A stretch of 40,000 nt of DNA from Faecalibacterium sp. (GCA_022652735.1 JALCRP010000012.1:20952-60951); one strand, 5' to 3'. Shown: positions 1 through 9,181, counted from the first letter of the stretch. Notes: generated by a model not told the origin, from the sequence alone. Numbers and translations: made by a program.

Positions 1-221
1 CGGCCCGCGCCGATGTTCGTATGGCCCACTTCCGAGTTACCCATCTGGCCGTCGGGCAAACCGACGCTCATGCCGGAGGCACCGATCGTGGTATAGGGGC
101 AGGTGGCAAACAGCTGATCGAGGTGCGGCTTTTTCGCGGCCACGATCGCGTTGCCGAACGGCTGCTCCGGCACCCAGCCGAAGCCGTCGAGAATGCACAG
201 CATAACAGGTTTTTTAGACAT
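1..221 (-). CDS. gpmI: 2,3-bisphosphoglycerate-independent phosphoglycerate mutase, N-terminal ~73 codons (gene continues past the left edge)
   Basis: My own reverse translation from the ATG at 219-221 gives [16 protein letters not shown]...[24 protein letters not shown], a typical iPGM N-terminus. A GGAG SD lies upstream. It is absent from the ORF track because the window edge truncates it. Confidence 0.85.
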   Translation of the reverse strand, partial: MSKKPVMLCILDGFGWVPEQPFGNAIVAAKKPHLDQLFATCPYTTIGASGMSVGLPDGQMGNSEVGHTNIGAG

Positions 222-262
222 AAAGAGTTACTCCTTTTCCACAAGAGTGGAGGACATTGTTG

Positions 263-297
263 AAAAAGGCCGCGGCGTTTTTGCAATCGCCGCGGCC
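263..297 (-). terminator. Hairpin plus U-tract between tpiA and gpmI (attenuator or partial terminator)
   Basis: On the minus strand the sequence reads GGCCGCGGCG-attgcaaaaa-CGCCGCGGCC followed by TTTTT. This is a perfect 10-bp GC stem. Confidence 0.55.
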
Positions 298-380
298 GGA
301 CAAGCGTTTCGGATTATGCCGCGGGAAAAGGCCGAAAACTGCTGAGACAACACACATTGGCGTATCGGCCAAGGGAAAAA

Positions 381-1151
381 TCAGCCCTTCGTTGCGGCGT
401 TAACGATCACGGCAAAATCGGGAGCTTTCAGGGATGCGCCGCCGATCAGGCCGCCGTCAACATCTGCCTTGCCCAGCAGCTCGTCGCAGTTCTTGGCGTT
501 CATGCTGCCGCCGTACTGCACAGTGGTAGCCTTGGCGGTATCGGCGCCGTAAACTTCGCCGATCACCTTGCGGATCTGGCCGCAAACTTCTTCTGCCTGC
601 TCAGAGGTTGCCGTCTTGCCGGTGCCGATCGCCCAGATCGGCTCGTAAGCGATCACGACGTTCTTCATCTGCTCTTTGGTGACATCCTTCAAAGCAATCT
701 TCGTCTGCATACGGACGAGTTCTTCCGTCACGCCCTCTTCACGCTGCTCAAGGCTTTCGCCCACGCAGATGATGACTTTCAAGCCGGCATTCAGGGCAGC
801 CAGTGCGCGCTTGTTGACGGTTTCGTTCGTCTCGGCAAAATACTGGCGGCGCTCGCTGTGGCCGACGATGACGTACTCGACGCCCAGATCAACCAGCATG
901 GCGGCAGAAATTTCGCCCGTGAACGCGCCGTGATCCTCAAAGTGGACGTTCTCGGCGCCCACATGGATATTGGTGCCCTTGCACAGCGCAACGGCCGTGG
1001 CGAGATCGGTAAACGGGGTGCAGATGACGACTTCACAGCCGGCACCCTTGACGGCCGGGATCAGCTCGCCGATGAGGGCTTTCGCCTCGGTGGCGGTTTT
1101 GTTCATTTTCCAGTTGCCGGCGATAATCGCCTTACGATTTTTCTTATCCAT
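381..1151 (-). CDS. tpiA: Triosephosphate isomerase
   Basis: 256 aa. Motifs IAGNWKMN and AYEPIWAIGTG are present. A GGAGA SD lies 8 nt upstream of the ATG. Confidence 0.97.
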   Translation of the reverse strand: MDKKNRKAIIAGNWKMNKTATEAKALIGELIPAVKGAGCEVVICTPFTDLATAVALCKGTNIHVGAENVHFEDHGAFTGEISAAMLVDLGVEYVIVGHSERRQYFAETNETVNKRALAALNAGLKVIICVGESLEQREEGVTEELVRMQTKIALKDVTKEQMKNVVIAYEPIWAIGTGKTATSEQAEEVCGQIRKVIGEVYGADTAKATTVQYGGSMNAKNCDELLGKADVDGGLIGGASLKAPDFAVIVNAATKG

Positions 1152-1194
1152 AATGTTTTTCTCCTTTTATTCCTAGTTAATAGGCTTGTGCTCC

Positions 1195-1232
1195 AAAAGA
1201 AAAGGGTACGGCAGCGAGACGCCGCCGTACCC
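1195..1232 (-). terminator. Hairpin plus U-tract between pgk and tpiA
   Basis: On the minus strand GGGTACGGC-(11 nt)-GCCGTACCC is followed by TTTTCTTTT. Confidence 0.5.
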
Positions 1233-1304
1233 TAAGCGCATAACAAAGCAGGCCGCCTGCGTTTTGCGGTAAAAGCGCAGGCCCTTTTGCCTTGCGGCGA
1301 AAAT

Positions 1305-2513
1305 TTAAGCCTTCTGGATGACGGCAATGCCGGGAAGCTCTTTGCCTTCGAGGTACTCGAGAGAAGCGCCGCCGCCCGTGGAGATGTGGGTCATCTTATC
1401 GCCGAGGCCCATCTGCTGCACAGCTGCCGCGCTGTCGCCGCCGCCGATAACGGTGGTAGCGCCGGATTCGGCCATCGCCGTGGCAACGCTCAGGGTGCCC
1501 TTGGCGAGAACCGGGTTCTCGAACACGCCCATAGGCCCGTTCCATACAACCGTCTTGGAGGCCTTAACGGCATCGGCAAACAGCTTCATGGTTTCGGGGC
1601 CGATGTCGCAGCCTTCCATGTCGGCCGGGATTGCGGTAACGGGAACAATCTTGGTTTCGACAGGGGCATCGATCGGATCAGGGAAGGAGGCGACGCAGGC
1701 GGTATCTACCGGCAGAAGCAGCTTAACGCCCTTTTCCTTGGCCTTCGCCATCATTTCCTTGCAGTAATCGAGCTTTTCGTTATCACACAGGCTCTTGCCG
1801 ATTTCGTAACCCTGCGCCTTCAGGAAAGTGTAGGCCATGCCGCCGCCGATAATCAAGGTATCTACTTTCTCGAGCAGGTTGGAGATTACGTTCAGCTTAT
1901 CGGCAACCTTTGCGCCGCCCAGAATGGCGGTGAAGGGACGGACGGGATCATTGACCGCGTTGCCGAGGTATTTGATTTCCTTTTCCATCAGGTAGCCCAC
2001 GGCGGTATCCTTGACGTAATCCGTGACGCCGGCGGTGGAGCAATGGGCACGATGGCAGCTGCCGAACGCATCGTCGACATAGGCATCGGCCAGCGAGGCG
2101 AGATCCTTCGAGAAGGCTTCGCCGTTCTTGGTTTCTTCGGCGCGGAAGCGCGTGTTCTGCAGCAGCACGACATCGCCGTTCGCCATCGCGGCGACGGCAG
2201 CCTTCGCGTTCGGGCCGACAACGGTATCGTCATCGGCAAACACGACGGTTTTGCCCAGCTTGCCGGAAAGGGCCGCGGCAACCGGCGCCAAGCTGAACTT
2301 AGCCTCCGGGCCGTTCTTCGGCTTGCCCAGATGGCTGCACAGGATGACCTTCGCGCCATCCTTCACCAGCTTTTGAATCGTGGGCATTGCGGCATTGATG
2401 CGGTTTTCGTTGGTGATGACACCATCCTTCATCGGGACGTTGAAATCGCAGCGAACCAGAACCTTTTTGCCACAGTAGTTTTCGTCGTCAACGGTCTTTT
2501 TGCCTAAACCCAT
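1305..2513 (-). CDS. pgk: Phosphoglycerate kinase
   Basis: 402 aa. The N-terminus [12 protein letters not shown] and the overall sequence are typical of PGK. A GGAG SD is present. Confidence 0.97.
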   Translation of the reverse strand: MGLGKKTVDDENYCGKKVLVRCDFNVPMKDGVITNENRINAAMPTIQKLVKDGAKVILCSHLGKPKNGPEAKFSLAPVAAALSGKLGKTVVFADDDTVVGPNAKAAVAAMANGDVVLLQNTRFRAEETKNGEAFSKDLASLADAYVDDAFGSCHRAHCSTAGVTDYVKDTAVGYLMEKEIKYLGNAVNDPVRPFTAILGGAKVADKLNVISNLLEKVDTLIIGGGMAYTFLKAQGYEIGKSLCDNEKLDYCKEMMAKAKEKGVKLLLPVDTACVASFPDPIDAPVETKIVPVTAIPADMEGCDIGPETMKLFADAVKASKTVVWNGPMGVFENPVLAKGTLSVATAMAESGATTVIGGGDSAAAVQQMGLGDKMTHISTGGGASLEYLEGKELPGIAVIQKA

Positions 2514-2560
2514 AGTAATAAACTCCTCTCAGAATTTTAAGATCAGGTTTTGTACACAAA

Positions 2561-2575
2561 ATGGGCAATGCCCAT
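2561..2575. promoter_or_regulatory. 15-nt palindrome ATGGGCAATGCCCAT in the pgk leader (operator or 5' stem-loop candidate)
   Basis: Perfect 7+1+7 inverted repeat. It lies just downstream of the predicted pgk -10 box. Confidence 0.3.
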
Positions 2576-2583
2576 CTTGTTTT

Positions 2584-2612
2584 ATTATAAGCGCTCGGCA
2601 GAAAATGCGCAA
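2584..2612 (-). promoter_or_regulatory. Sigma-A type promoter for pgk
   Basis: On the minus strand: -35 TTGCGC, 17-nt spacer, -10 TATAAT. It sits about 70 nt upstream of the pgk ATG. Confidence 0.5.
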
Positions 2613-2729
2613 TATCCATACATGATAATTGTTTAACGATTTTCTGAACATTCTTTGCCAAATCCGCGAAAAAGCGGAGAAGCGGCGCCTTGTATAGGGC
2701 AGCGCCCGGCAAAGCCCCGGCCGCTTTAC

Positions 2730-2760
2730 AAAAAAAGCGGCGCCCGCAAATGCGGGCGCC
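2730..2760 (-). terminator. Intrinsic terminator after the permease gene
   Basis: On the minus strand GGCGCCCGC-attt-GCGGGCGCC is followed by GCTTTTTTT. Confidence 0.75.
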
Positions 2761-2781
2761 ACTAAAATCATTTCTTGAAAA

Positions 2782-4176
2782 TCAGTGCGTCAGCAGGAAC
2801 ATCGCAAGGAACAGGATGCCGATGACCCATGTGCTGATCTTGATCTCCTTCACCTTGCCGGTGAAGAGGTTAATCAGGATGCTGGCGATGATACCAAACG
2901 CAATGCCGTAGCTGATGGAGTACGTGTAAACCATCATGCCCATCGTCATAAAGGCCGGCACAGAAACGGCCGGGTCAGCCCATTCGATCTTTTTGACGCT
3001 GGCCATCATCAGGATGCCTACATATACCAGAGCAGCCGCAGCGGCGCAGCTCGGGATCAGGCTGGCAACCGGGCTGAGGAACATGGCAACCAAGAAGCAT
3101 GCCGCGGTAACAAGGCTCGTCAGGCCGGTGCGGCCGCCCTCGCCGATGCCCGCGCTGGATTCCACAAACGTGGTGACGGTGGAAGTGCCGCAGACGGCGC
3201 CCGTGCAGGTGGCAATAGCATCGGAAAGCATTGCCTGATTCATGTGGGGCACTTCGCCTTCTTCGGTGAGCATATCGCCGCGGGCGCAGGCACCGTACAG
3301 GGTGCCCATCGTGTCGAACATATCAACAAGGCAGAAGGCCAGAGACGTAGTGCAGAAGTTCAGCACAAGGCTTGCCGTGCTGTGGCTGGCAAGATAGGTG
3401 CTGAAATCAAAGCCCTCGGTGAATACTTTCAGGAAAGCCTGATCGAAGAATTCGCCGAATGCGGAGATCGGGTTCATGCTGACAGAAGCGGCAAAACCGG
3501 CATAGAAGCCCGGCACCGTCGCGCCCAGCACGTAGTAAAGCACTGCAGAAGCCAAAATGCCCCAGATCACGGCGCCCTTTACCTGACGCTTGCTCAAAAT
3601 GGCGATAATGGCAATGCCCGCGATAAATACAAACAGCGGCATGATGGAAGCCCATGTGGCGCCGCCCAGCAAATTGAAGCTGGCCATCGTGACACAGGTG
3701 GATTCGTTGGCGATGACAAGGCCGGAATCCTGCATGCCGATGAAAGCGATAAACAGGCCGATGCCGGCCGGGATGGCGGTGCGGACGCATTCCGGAATTG
3801 CGTCAAAAATTGCCTTGCGCAGGCCCGTGGCGGTCAGGATAACAAACACGACGCCGTCGATCAGCACGAACACCAAGGCGTTTGCATAGGTGAAGCCGTA
3901 GCTGAAGCAGACCGTGTATACGAAAAAGGCGTTCAGCCCCATGCCGGAGGCCATCGCCAGCGGCAGGTTGGCCATCAGGCCGACCAGTACGGTGCCGATC
4001 ACGGCGGAAATCGCGGTGGCAATGTAAATAGCACCATAGCTCACGGTGCCGAGGTTAGAAAAAATGCCGGCGTTGACGATTAGGATATACGCCATCGTCA
4101 TGAAAGTGGTGACACCGGCCGCAACCTCGGTTTTTACGTTGGTGCCGTGCTCTTTCAGCTTAAAGAACTGCTCCAT
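2782..4176 (-). CDS. NCS2 family nucleobase permease (AzgA/PbuG-like adenine/guanine/hypoxanthine permease)
   Basis: 464 aa polytopic membrane protein. The N-terminus MEQFFKLKEHGTNVKTEVAAGVTTFMTMAYILIVNA is characteristic of AzgA-type purine permeases. Confidence 0.85.
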   Translation of the reverse strand: MEQFFKLKEHGTNVKTEVAAGVTTFMTMAYILIVNAGIFSNLGTVSYGAIYIATAISAVIGTVLVGLMANLPLAMASGMGLNAFFVYTVCFSYGFTYANALVFVLIDGVVFVILTATGLRKAIFDAIPECVRTAIPAGIGLFIAFIGMQDSGLVIANESTCVTMASFNLLGGATWASIMPLFVFIAGIAIIAILSKRQVKGAVIWGILASAVLYYVLGATVPGFYAGFAASVSMNPISAFGEFFDQAFLKVFTEGFDFSTYLASHSTASLVLNFCTTSLAFCLVDMFDTMGTLYGACARGDMLTEEGEVPHMNQAMLSDAIATCTGAVCGTSTVTTFVESSAGIGEGGRTGLTSLVTAACFLVAMFLSPVASLIPSCAAAAALVYVGILMMASVKKIEWADPAVSVPAFMTMGMMVYTYSISYGIAFGIIASILINLFTGKVKEIKISTWVIGILFLAMFLLTH

Positions 4177-4456
4177 CTTGTCGAATCCTCTCTTTTTTAC
4201 CTTTTCGGCGAATGCTAAGCCGACGAAGTGCCGGCTACTTTTCTATTTTATGAAATTTCTGTGAATCCGACAAGTAAAAAACTGGACGAAAAGTGAAAAA
4301 CAATGCCTTTTGAAACACGGCGCTTTGCACAAACAACTTGTAAAAACATCGAATATGCGATAAAAAATGAAAAATAAGTCATACTTTCAAAAGCGGGACA
4401 AAACAGCGCTTATGCCCCAAAAGGGAAAACGATGCAGGCCCGGTTTGCCGGTACAC

Positions 4457-4487
4457 AAAAAGGCCCCGCCGGATGCCCGGCAGGGCC
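4457..4487 (-). terminator. Intrinsic terminator after the NfeD-SPFH operon (A-tract/T-tract on both sides, possibly bidirectional)
   Basis: On the minus strand GGCCCTGCCGG-gcat-CCGGCGGGGCC forms an 11-bp stem with one G-U pair, followed by TTTTTG. Confidence 0.7.
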
Positions 4488-4556
4488 TTTTGCTGCAAAG
4501 GATTTGGCAGTATGCCGCCGCGCGGCCGAAGCCGGCGGAGAAAAACAACTGTGCGG

Positions 4557-5453
4557 TTACTGTTTAGGCGCGGTCAGCATTTCCTGAATAGAAGTTACGG
4601 TACCGGCCAAATTTTGCAGATCAGACGGGATAATCAGCTTGGTAGCCTTGCCGTCTGCCATCTTTGCCAGCGCTTCAAGGCTGCGCAAAGAAAGCACTTT
4701 CTGCGAAGGGTCCGATTCATTCAGCAGCTTGATGGATTCGGCGTTGGCCTTCTGCACGGCGAGAATCGCCTGTGCATCGCCCTCGGCCTCCAAAATGCGC
4801 TGCTGCTTCACGGCCTCGCCGCGCAGGATGGCAGATTGCTTTTCGCCTTCGGCGGCGGTAATAGCGGCCTGCTTTTGGCCCTCGGCCGTCAGGATCATGG
4901 CGCGCTTTTCACGCTCGGCCTTCATCTGCTTTTCCATCGCATCCTGAATTTCGCGCGGCGGGATAATGTTTTTCACTTCCACGCGGTTGACCTTGATGCC
5001 CCACTTATCGGTGGCTTCGTCGAGGATGGCGGTAATTTTGCTGTTGATGGTATCGCGGCTGGTCAGCGTGTGATCCAGCTCAAGGTCGCCGATGATATTG
5101 CGCAGCGTGGTGGCGGAAAGGCTTTCCAGCGCGGCAACCGGCTGGTTGACGCCGTAGGTATAAAGCTTTGCATCCATCACCTGAAAGAACACCACGGTGT
5201 CGATCTGCATGGTGACATTATCCCGCGTGATAACCGGCTGAGGGGGAAAATCTGCAACCTGCTCCTTCAAACTGACACGCTTGGCGACCCTTTCCACAAA
5301 GGGCGTCTTAAAATGAAAGCCGGCATCCAGCGTTTTGGAATATTTGCCGAAGCGCTCGATGATATAGGCATTGGCCTGCGGTACGATCAGGATGTTGCTG
5401 ATGAGGACGATCAAAAGAACCAGCAGAATCAGCGCGATAAGAATAAGCCACAT
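4557..5453 (-). CDS. SPFH/band-7 domain protein (stomatin/slipin-like, QmcA/YbbK type)
   Basis: 298 aa. An N-terminal TM helix is followed by IVPQANAYIIERFGKY...DNVTMQIDTVVFFQV and a C-terminal coiled-coil rich in A, E and K. A GGAGA SD is present. Confidence 0.9.
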   Translation of the reverse strand: MWLILIALILLVLLIVLISNILIVPQANAYIIERFGKYSKTLDAGFHFKTPFVERVAKRVSLKEQVADFPPQPVITRDNVTMQIDTVVFFQVMDAKLYTYGVNQPVAALESLSATTLRNIIGDLELDHTLTSRDTINSKITAILDEATDKWGIKVNRVEVKNIIPPREIQDAMEKQMKAEREKRAMILTAEGQKQAAITAAEGEKQSAILRGEAVKQQRILEAEGDAQAILAVQKANAESIKLLNESDPSQKVLSLRSLEALAKMADGKATKLIIPSDLQNLAGTVTSIQEMLTAPKQ

Positions 5454-5501
5454 GATACATTCTCCTTTTTATATAGTGAAAAGCGGACGGAAAACCAAAA
5501 C

Positions 5502-5957
5502 TTACTGTACCACAGCCGGCTGCGGCACAGCCTCGACAACCAGCACGGTGCTTTCAATAGAAGCAACACGGCAGCGCGCCCCGACGGCAAGCGGCGCATC
5601 GGCGCACCGCGCCGTCCAATCCACGCCGTCCAAGCGGACACGGCCCGGTTTTTCGGGCGAGATGGCCTCAATTACCACACACTCGCGGCCAATATTGCGG
5701 TCGCCGTTTGTAGGGGTATCGGGCGTGGCGCGGCGCAGGCGGGCCACCAGCGGCTTTGTCAGGGCCAGCGCAATCAGGCTAACCACCACAAACACGGCGA
5801 GCTGCACACCAATATTGCCGCAGAACAGGCTGACAATCAGCGCGGCACACGCGCCGATCGCAAACCAGATCGAAACCATGTTCACCGTGGCGCCTTCGAG
5901 GATCAAAAGCGCTACCATAGCAATCAGCCAGAAAATCGACAGCTTGTCAAAGGTCAT
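5502..5957 (-). CDS. NfeD family membrane protein (partner of the SPFH protein)
   Basis: TM helices are followed by a C-terminal OB-like segment GRECVVIEAISPEKPGRVRLDGVDWTARC. I chose the ATG at 5957, which has a GAAGGAGG SD. The track ORF start at 6023 has no SD. Confidence 0.8.
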   Translation of the reverse strand: MTFDKLSIFWLIAMVALLILEGATVNMVSIWFAIGACAALIVSLFCGNIGVQLAVFVVVSLIALALTKPLVARLRRATPDTPTNGDRNIGRECVVIEAISPEKPGRVRLDGVDWTARCADAPLAVGARCRVASIESTVLVVEAVPQPAVVQ

Positions 5958-6058
5958 ACGAAAAATACCTCCTTCGTTGCTTTGCTGAAGCCATTGTACT
6001 CCTTCCACCAGCGGAAAGGTCAAGGCTTTTGCCTGTTAAATTTCTATAAACACGGCAT

Positions 6059-6664
6059 TTACACAATATCATAGTAGCTGTGGTCGGGGCTATGGCCGGC
6101 TTGGCGCACGGTAATCGTAAAGCCAAACGGATTTACCTCCGTCATTTTTTCGCCCACGGCCTCCACAAGGACGCGCTCGGTTCGGTTAAAAATCGCGTCG
6201 GCTGTTTCGGTGGGGCCAAGGCGCTCGAAATGTAAAACGCCATCGCAGGCTTTCACCAGATGGAAGCCCCCTGCGGGGAAAGCATCGCATGTGGCGCGTA
6301 AACCTTCCAGTTGGGAGAGGATTTCAAACAGCTCTGCCCGATCCGATGCGGTGCGATACAGGTGGGCCAAAAGCGGCCCCGGATCTCGCGGGAAGGCCAG
6401 CGCCGCCGGCCCCGGCAGCGTAGCGGCCAGCGCGTAGGCCATGTTGACAAGGCGGCGCGCCAAAGGGGGATCGGCAAAAGCGCCGTGCGTATCTGCGGCG
6501 CTGCGCAAAACCTGCTCCAGCTCGGGCGCGGCGGGCGCCGCGCCGCGCGGCCATGCATGCACATCCGAAAAAGCGCGGGCCGCCTCTTCGGCGCGGCCGT
6601 CGGCGGCATAGCGCATTGCGGGCGAAAGATAATCCACGGCAAAGGCCGGTTCCATAGGCAGCAT
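6059..6664 (-). CDS. Hypothetical protein, Ala/Pro-rich, 201 aa
   Basis: Codon usage resembles the neighbouring genes. The ATG at 6664 has a GGAGA SD. The C-terminal third loosely resembles the beta-sandwich tail of GH13 enzymes, but this is unverified. Confidence 0.5.
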   Translation of the reverse strand: MLPMEPAFAVDYLSPAMRYAADGRAEEAARAFSDVHAWPRGAAPAAPELEQVLRSAADTHGAFADPPLARRLVNMAYALAATLPGPAALAFPRDPGPLLAHLYRTASDRAELFEILSQLEGLRATCDAFPAGGFHLVKACDGVLHFERLGPTETADAIFNRTERVLVEAVGEKMTEVNPFGFTITVRQAGHSPDHSYYDIV

Positions 6665-6744
6665 CCTTTCTCCTGTTATTCTACCATACGAGGCAGGCAG
6701 AGCACAATATTGCAAAAGCAGGGAAAATAGCGCAAAGCCGCGCC

Positions 6745-6774
6745 AAAAAGCCCCCCGGCACTAAAGCCGGAGGG
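6745..6774 (-). terminator. Intrinsic terminator after glgP
   Basis: On the minus strand CCCTCCGGC-tttagt-GCCGGGGGG is followed by CTTTTT. Confidence 0.7.
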
Positions 6775-6784
6775 CGGGACGACT

Positions 6785-9181
6785 TTATTTTACGAAAGGC
6801 GCATGCCAAATATCACGCGCATATTCGCTTACGGCGCGGTCGGCGCTAAAAATGCCGCTGTTGGCAATGTTTTCGAGGCTCATGCGGCTCCAACCCGCGC
6901 GGTCGCGGTAAAGGCGCTGCACATCGGCCTGTGCGCGGCGATAATCTTTGAAATCGGCCATGACCATATACGGATCGTTCGAGCGCAGATTGTCCGTCAC
7001 CTCGCGGAAATCCTCGCCATTCCAGCCATGCTCCAAAAAGTTCAGCACGGCCGCGGCCACATCGTCGCCCATGATGAAGGCGTTCGGGTGATAGCCCATC
7101 GCCTTCATCTGGTTCACTTCCGGCGTCCGCATGCCGAAGATGATCTCGTTTTCCATGCCCGCCGCATCAGCGATCTCAACGTTGGCGCCGTCAAGGGTGC
7201 CCAGCGTTACCGCGCCGGAAAGCATAAACTTCATGTTGCCGGTGCCGGAGGCCTCTGTGCCCGCAAGGCTGATTTGCTCTGAAACTTCGGAGGCCGGCAT
7301 CAGACGCTCGGAAAGAGACACACAGTATTCTTCAAGGTACACGATGCGCAGCTTATCACGCACGACGGGATCGTTGTCGATCAGCTGGCCCAGTTTGCAG
7401 ATCATGCGAATCATCTGCTTGGCCATATAATAGCCGGGGGCCGCCTTTGCGCCAAAAATATAGGTTTTAGGCACAAAATCTGCGCCCGGATTGTTTTTTA
7501 GATACAGATACTGCGCCGCAATGTTCAGTGCGTTGAGATGCTGGCGCTTATACTCATGCATGCGCTTGACCTGACAATCAAAAACCGAGTGCGGGTCGAT
7601 CACTTGCCCGGTCGCCTTTTTGAGGTAATCGGCAAAAGCAATCTTGTTTTGCAGCTTGACGCGGGCCAGCTGCTCAAGCACCTGCGGGTCGTCGCGGTGT
7701 GCCTCCAGCTTTTTCAGCAAAGCGGCATCTGCGCGGTAATCCGGGCCGATCACATCGTCCAGCAAACCGCACAGCCCCGGGTTGGAGGCGACGAGCCAGC
7801 GGCGGTAGGCGATGCCGTTTGTGACGTTTTTGAACGCCTGTGGCTTGAACAGGTAGTAATCGTGAAAAACGCTGTCCTTGATGATCTGGCTGTGCAGCTT
7901 CGAGACGCCGTTGATGCTTGAGGCAACATAGGCACAGATATTTGCCATGCGCACCTGATTGTCGCCGATCATAGCCATATAATTGATTTTGCCTTCGTCG
8001 CCGGGGAAAGCCTCTTCCAGCGCGGCACGGGCGCGGTGATCCATCTCGTAGACGATCTGATAAATACGGGGCAGCGTCATTTTGAAGATGTCCACATTCC
8101 ATTTTTCAAGCGCTTCCGCCATGACGGTGTGGTTGGTATACGAAAACACGCGGCGGCAGATGTCAAAACTCTTATCCCAATCATAGCCGCAATCGTCAAG
8201 CAGAATGCGCATCATTTCGGGGATGGCCAGCGTCGGGTGCGTATCGTTCAGCTGGATGGCAACCTTGTCGGGCAGATTTTCCAGCGTACCGTAAGTGGAA
8301 AGATGATTCTGCACAATGTCGCCGACCGACGCGGCCGAAAGGAAGTACTGCTGGCGCAGGCGGAGAATTTTGCCCTCTACGTGGTTATCGTTCGGGTAAA
8401 GGATCTTCGAGATCAGCTCAGCCGAAGCATTTTTGCTCATGGCGCTGCCGTATTCGCCGGCATTAAAGCTGTTCATATCGAAATCGGGGGCCTTCGCCTG
8501 CCACAGACGAAGCTTGGAGACGCCCTGCCCGTGATAGCCCTGCACGTACATATCGGAAGGCACGGCCAGAACACTGTTATAGCCTACATGGCGCACGGTA
8601 TGAAAGCTGCCGTCCCATGTTTCGCGCACTTCGCCGTCAAAACGCACTTCCACTGCCTGATCGGGGTGGCTTTTTAGCCATACCTGCCCGCCCGGCAGCC
8701 AGTTATCGGCGCGCTCCTGCTGCCAGCCGTCGACGATTTTCTGCTTAAAAATGCCGTATTCATATAAAATCGAATAGCCGGTGCCGCAGATGCCGGTGGT
8801 AGCCATGCCGTCAAGATAGCAGGCGGCCAGACGGCCCAGCCCGCCGTTGCCGAGGCCGGCATCCGGCTCTTCTTCGTATACGCCCTCAAGTTTAATGCCG
8901 GCATCGGCCAACGCGGCCTCTGCGGCGTCGTTCAAATCCAGATTAAACAGCGTCGTTTTTAGGCTGCGGCCCATCAAAAACTCCATGCACAGGTAATACA
9001 CCTGCTTGCAGCCGGTGCCCACGGCACGGGATTGAAAACGCTTATGCTGCTCGCTCATCATCTGGCGGCAGATCAACGCCAGCGAACGATAAATTTGCTG
9101 ATTGGAGGCCACAGCAAGGTCGACGCCGTATTCGCTGGTGAGTTTATTTTGCAGGATGCGGGAAAATTCTTTTTTCGTCAT
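6785..9181 (-). CDS. glgP: Glycogen/maltodextrin phosphorylase
   Basis: About 798 aa. The pyridoxal-phosphate motif EASGTGNMKFMLSGA is present. I chose the start at 9181 (MTKKEF...) with GGAG upstream. The ATG at 9208 lacks an SD. Confidence 0.95.
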   Translation of the reverse strand: MTKKEFSRILQNKLTSEYGVDLAVASNQQIYRSLALICRQMMSEQHKRFQSRAVGTGCKQVYYLCMEFLMGRSLKTTLFNLDLNDAAEAALADAGIKLEGVYEEEPDAGLGNGGLGRLAACYLDGMATTGICGTGYSILYEYGIFKQKIVDGWQQERADNWLPGGQVWLKSHPDQAVEVRFDGEVRETWDGSFHTVRHVGYNSVLAVPSDMYVQGYHGQGVSKLRLWQAKAPDFDMNSFNAGEYGSAMSKNASAELISKILYPNDNHVEGKILRLRQQYFLSAASVGDIVQNHLSTYGTLENLPDKVAIQLNDTHPTLAIPEMMRILLDDCGYDWDKSFDICRRVFSYTNHTVMAEALEKWNVDIFKMTLPRIYQIVYEMDHRARAALEEAFPGDEGKINYMAMIGDNQVRMANICAYVASSINGVSKLHSQIIKDSVFHDYYLFKPQAFKNVTNGIAYRRWLVASNPGLCGLLDDVIGPDYRADAALLKKLEAHRDDPQVLEQLARVKLQNKIAFADYLKKATGQVIDPHSVFDCQVKRMHEYKRQHLNALNIAAQYLYLKNNPGADFVPKTYIFGAKAAPGYYMAKQMIRMICKLGQLIDNDPVVRDKLRIVYLEEYCVSLSERLMPASEVSEQISLAGTEASGTGNMKFMLSGAVTLGTLDGANVEIADAAGMENEIIFGMRTPEVNQMKAMGYHPNAFIMGDDVAAAVLNFLEHGWNGEDFREVTDNLRSNDPYMVMADFKDYRRAQADVQRLYRDRAGWSRMSLENIANSGIFSADRAVSEYARDIWHAPFVK

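Noticed and set aside
357-2507. Long plus-strand ORFs 357-1235 (292 aa) and 1287-2507 (406 aa).
   Set aside because: They lie exactly antisense to tpiA and pgk. Their products are low-complexity and rich in Ala, Gly and Arg, with no motifs and no SD. These are typical shadow ORFs of GC-rich DNA.
4177-4456. Possible purine riboswitch upstream of the NCS2 permease.
   Set aside because: The conserved aptamer junction sequences are absent on the minus strand. It is kept only as a low-interest note about the long leader.
4367-4567. 66-aa plus-strand ORF in the permease/SPFH intergenic region.
   Set aside because: It has no SD, a basic low-complexity product, and it spans the terminator hairpin.
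2785-6074. Plus-strand ORFs 2785-4083 (432 aa) and 4473-6074 (533 aa).
   Set aside because: They are antisense to the permease and to the SPFH/NfeD genes. Their composition is Arg/Gly/His-rich and they show no recognisable domains.
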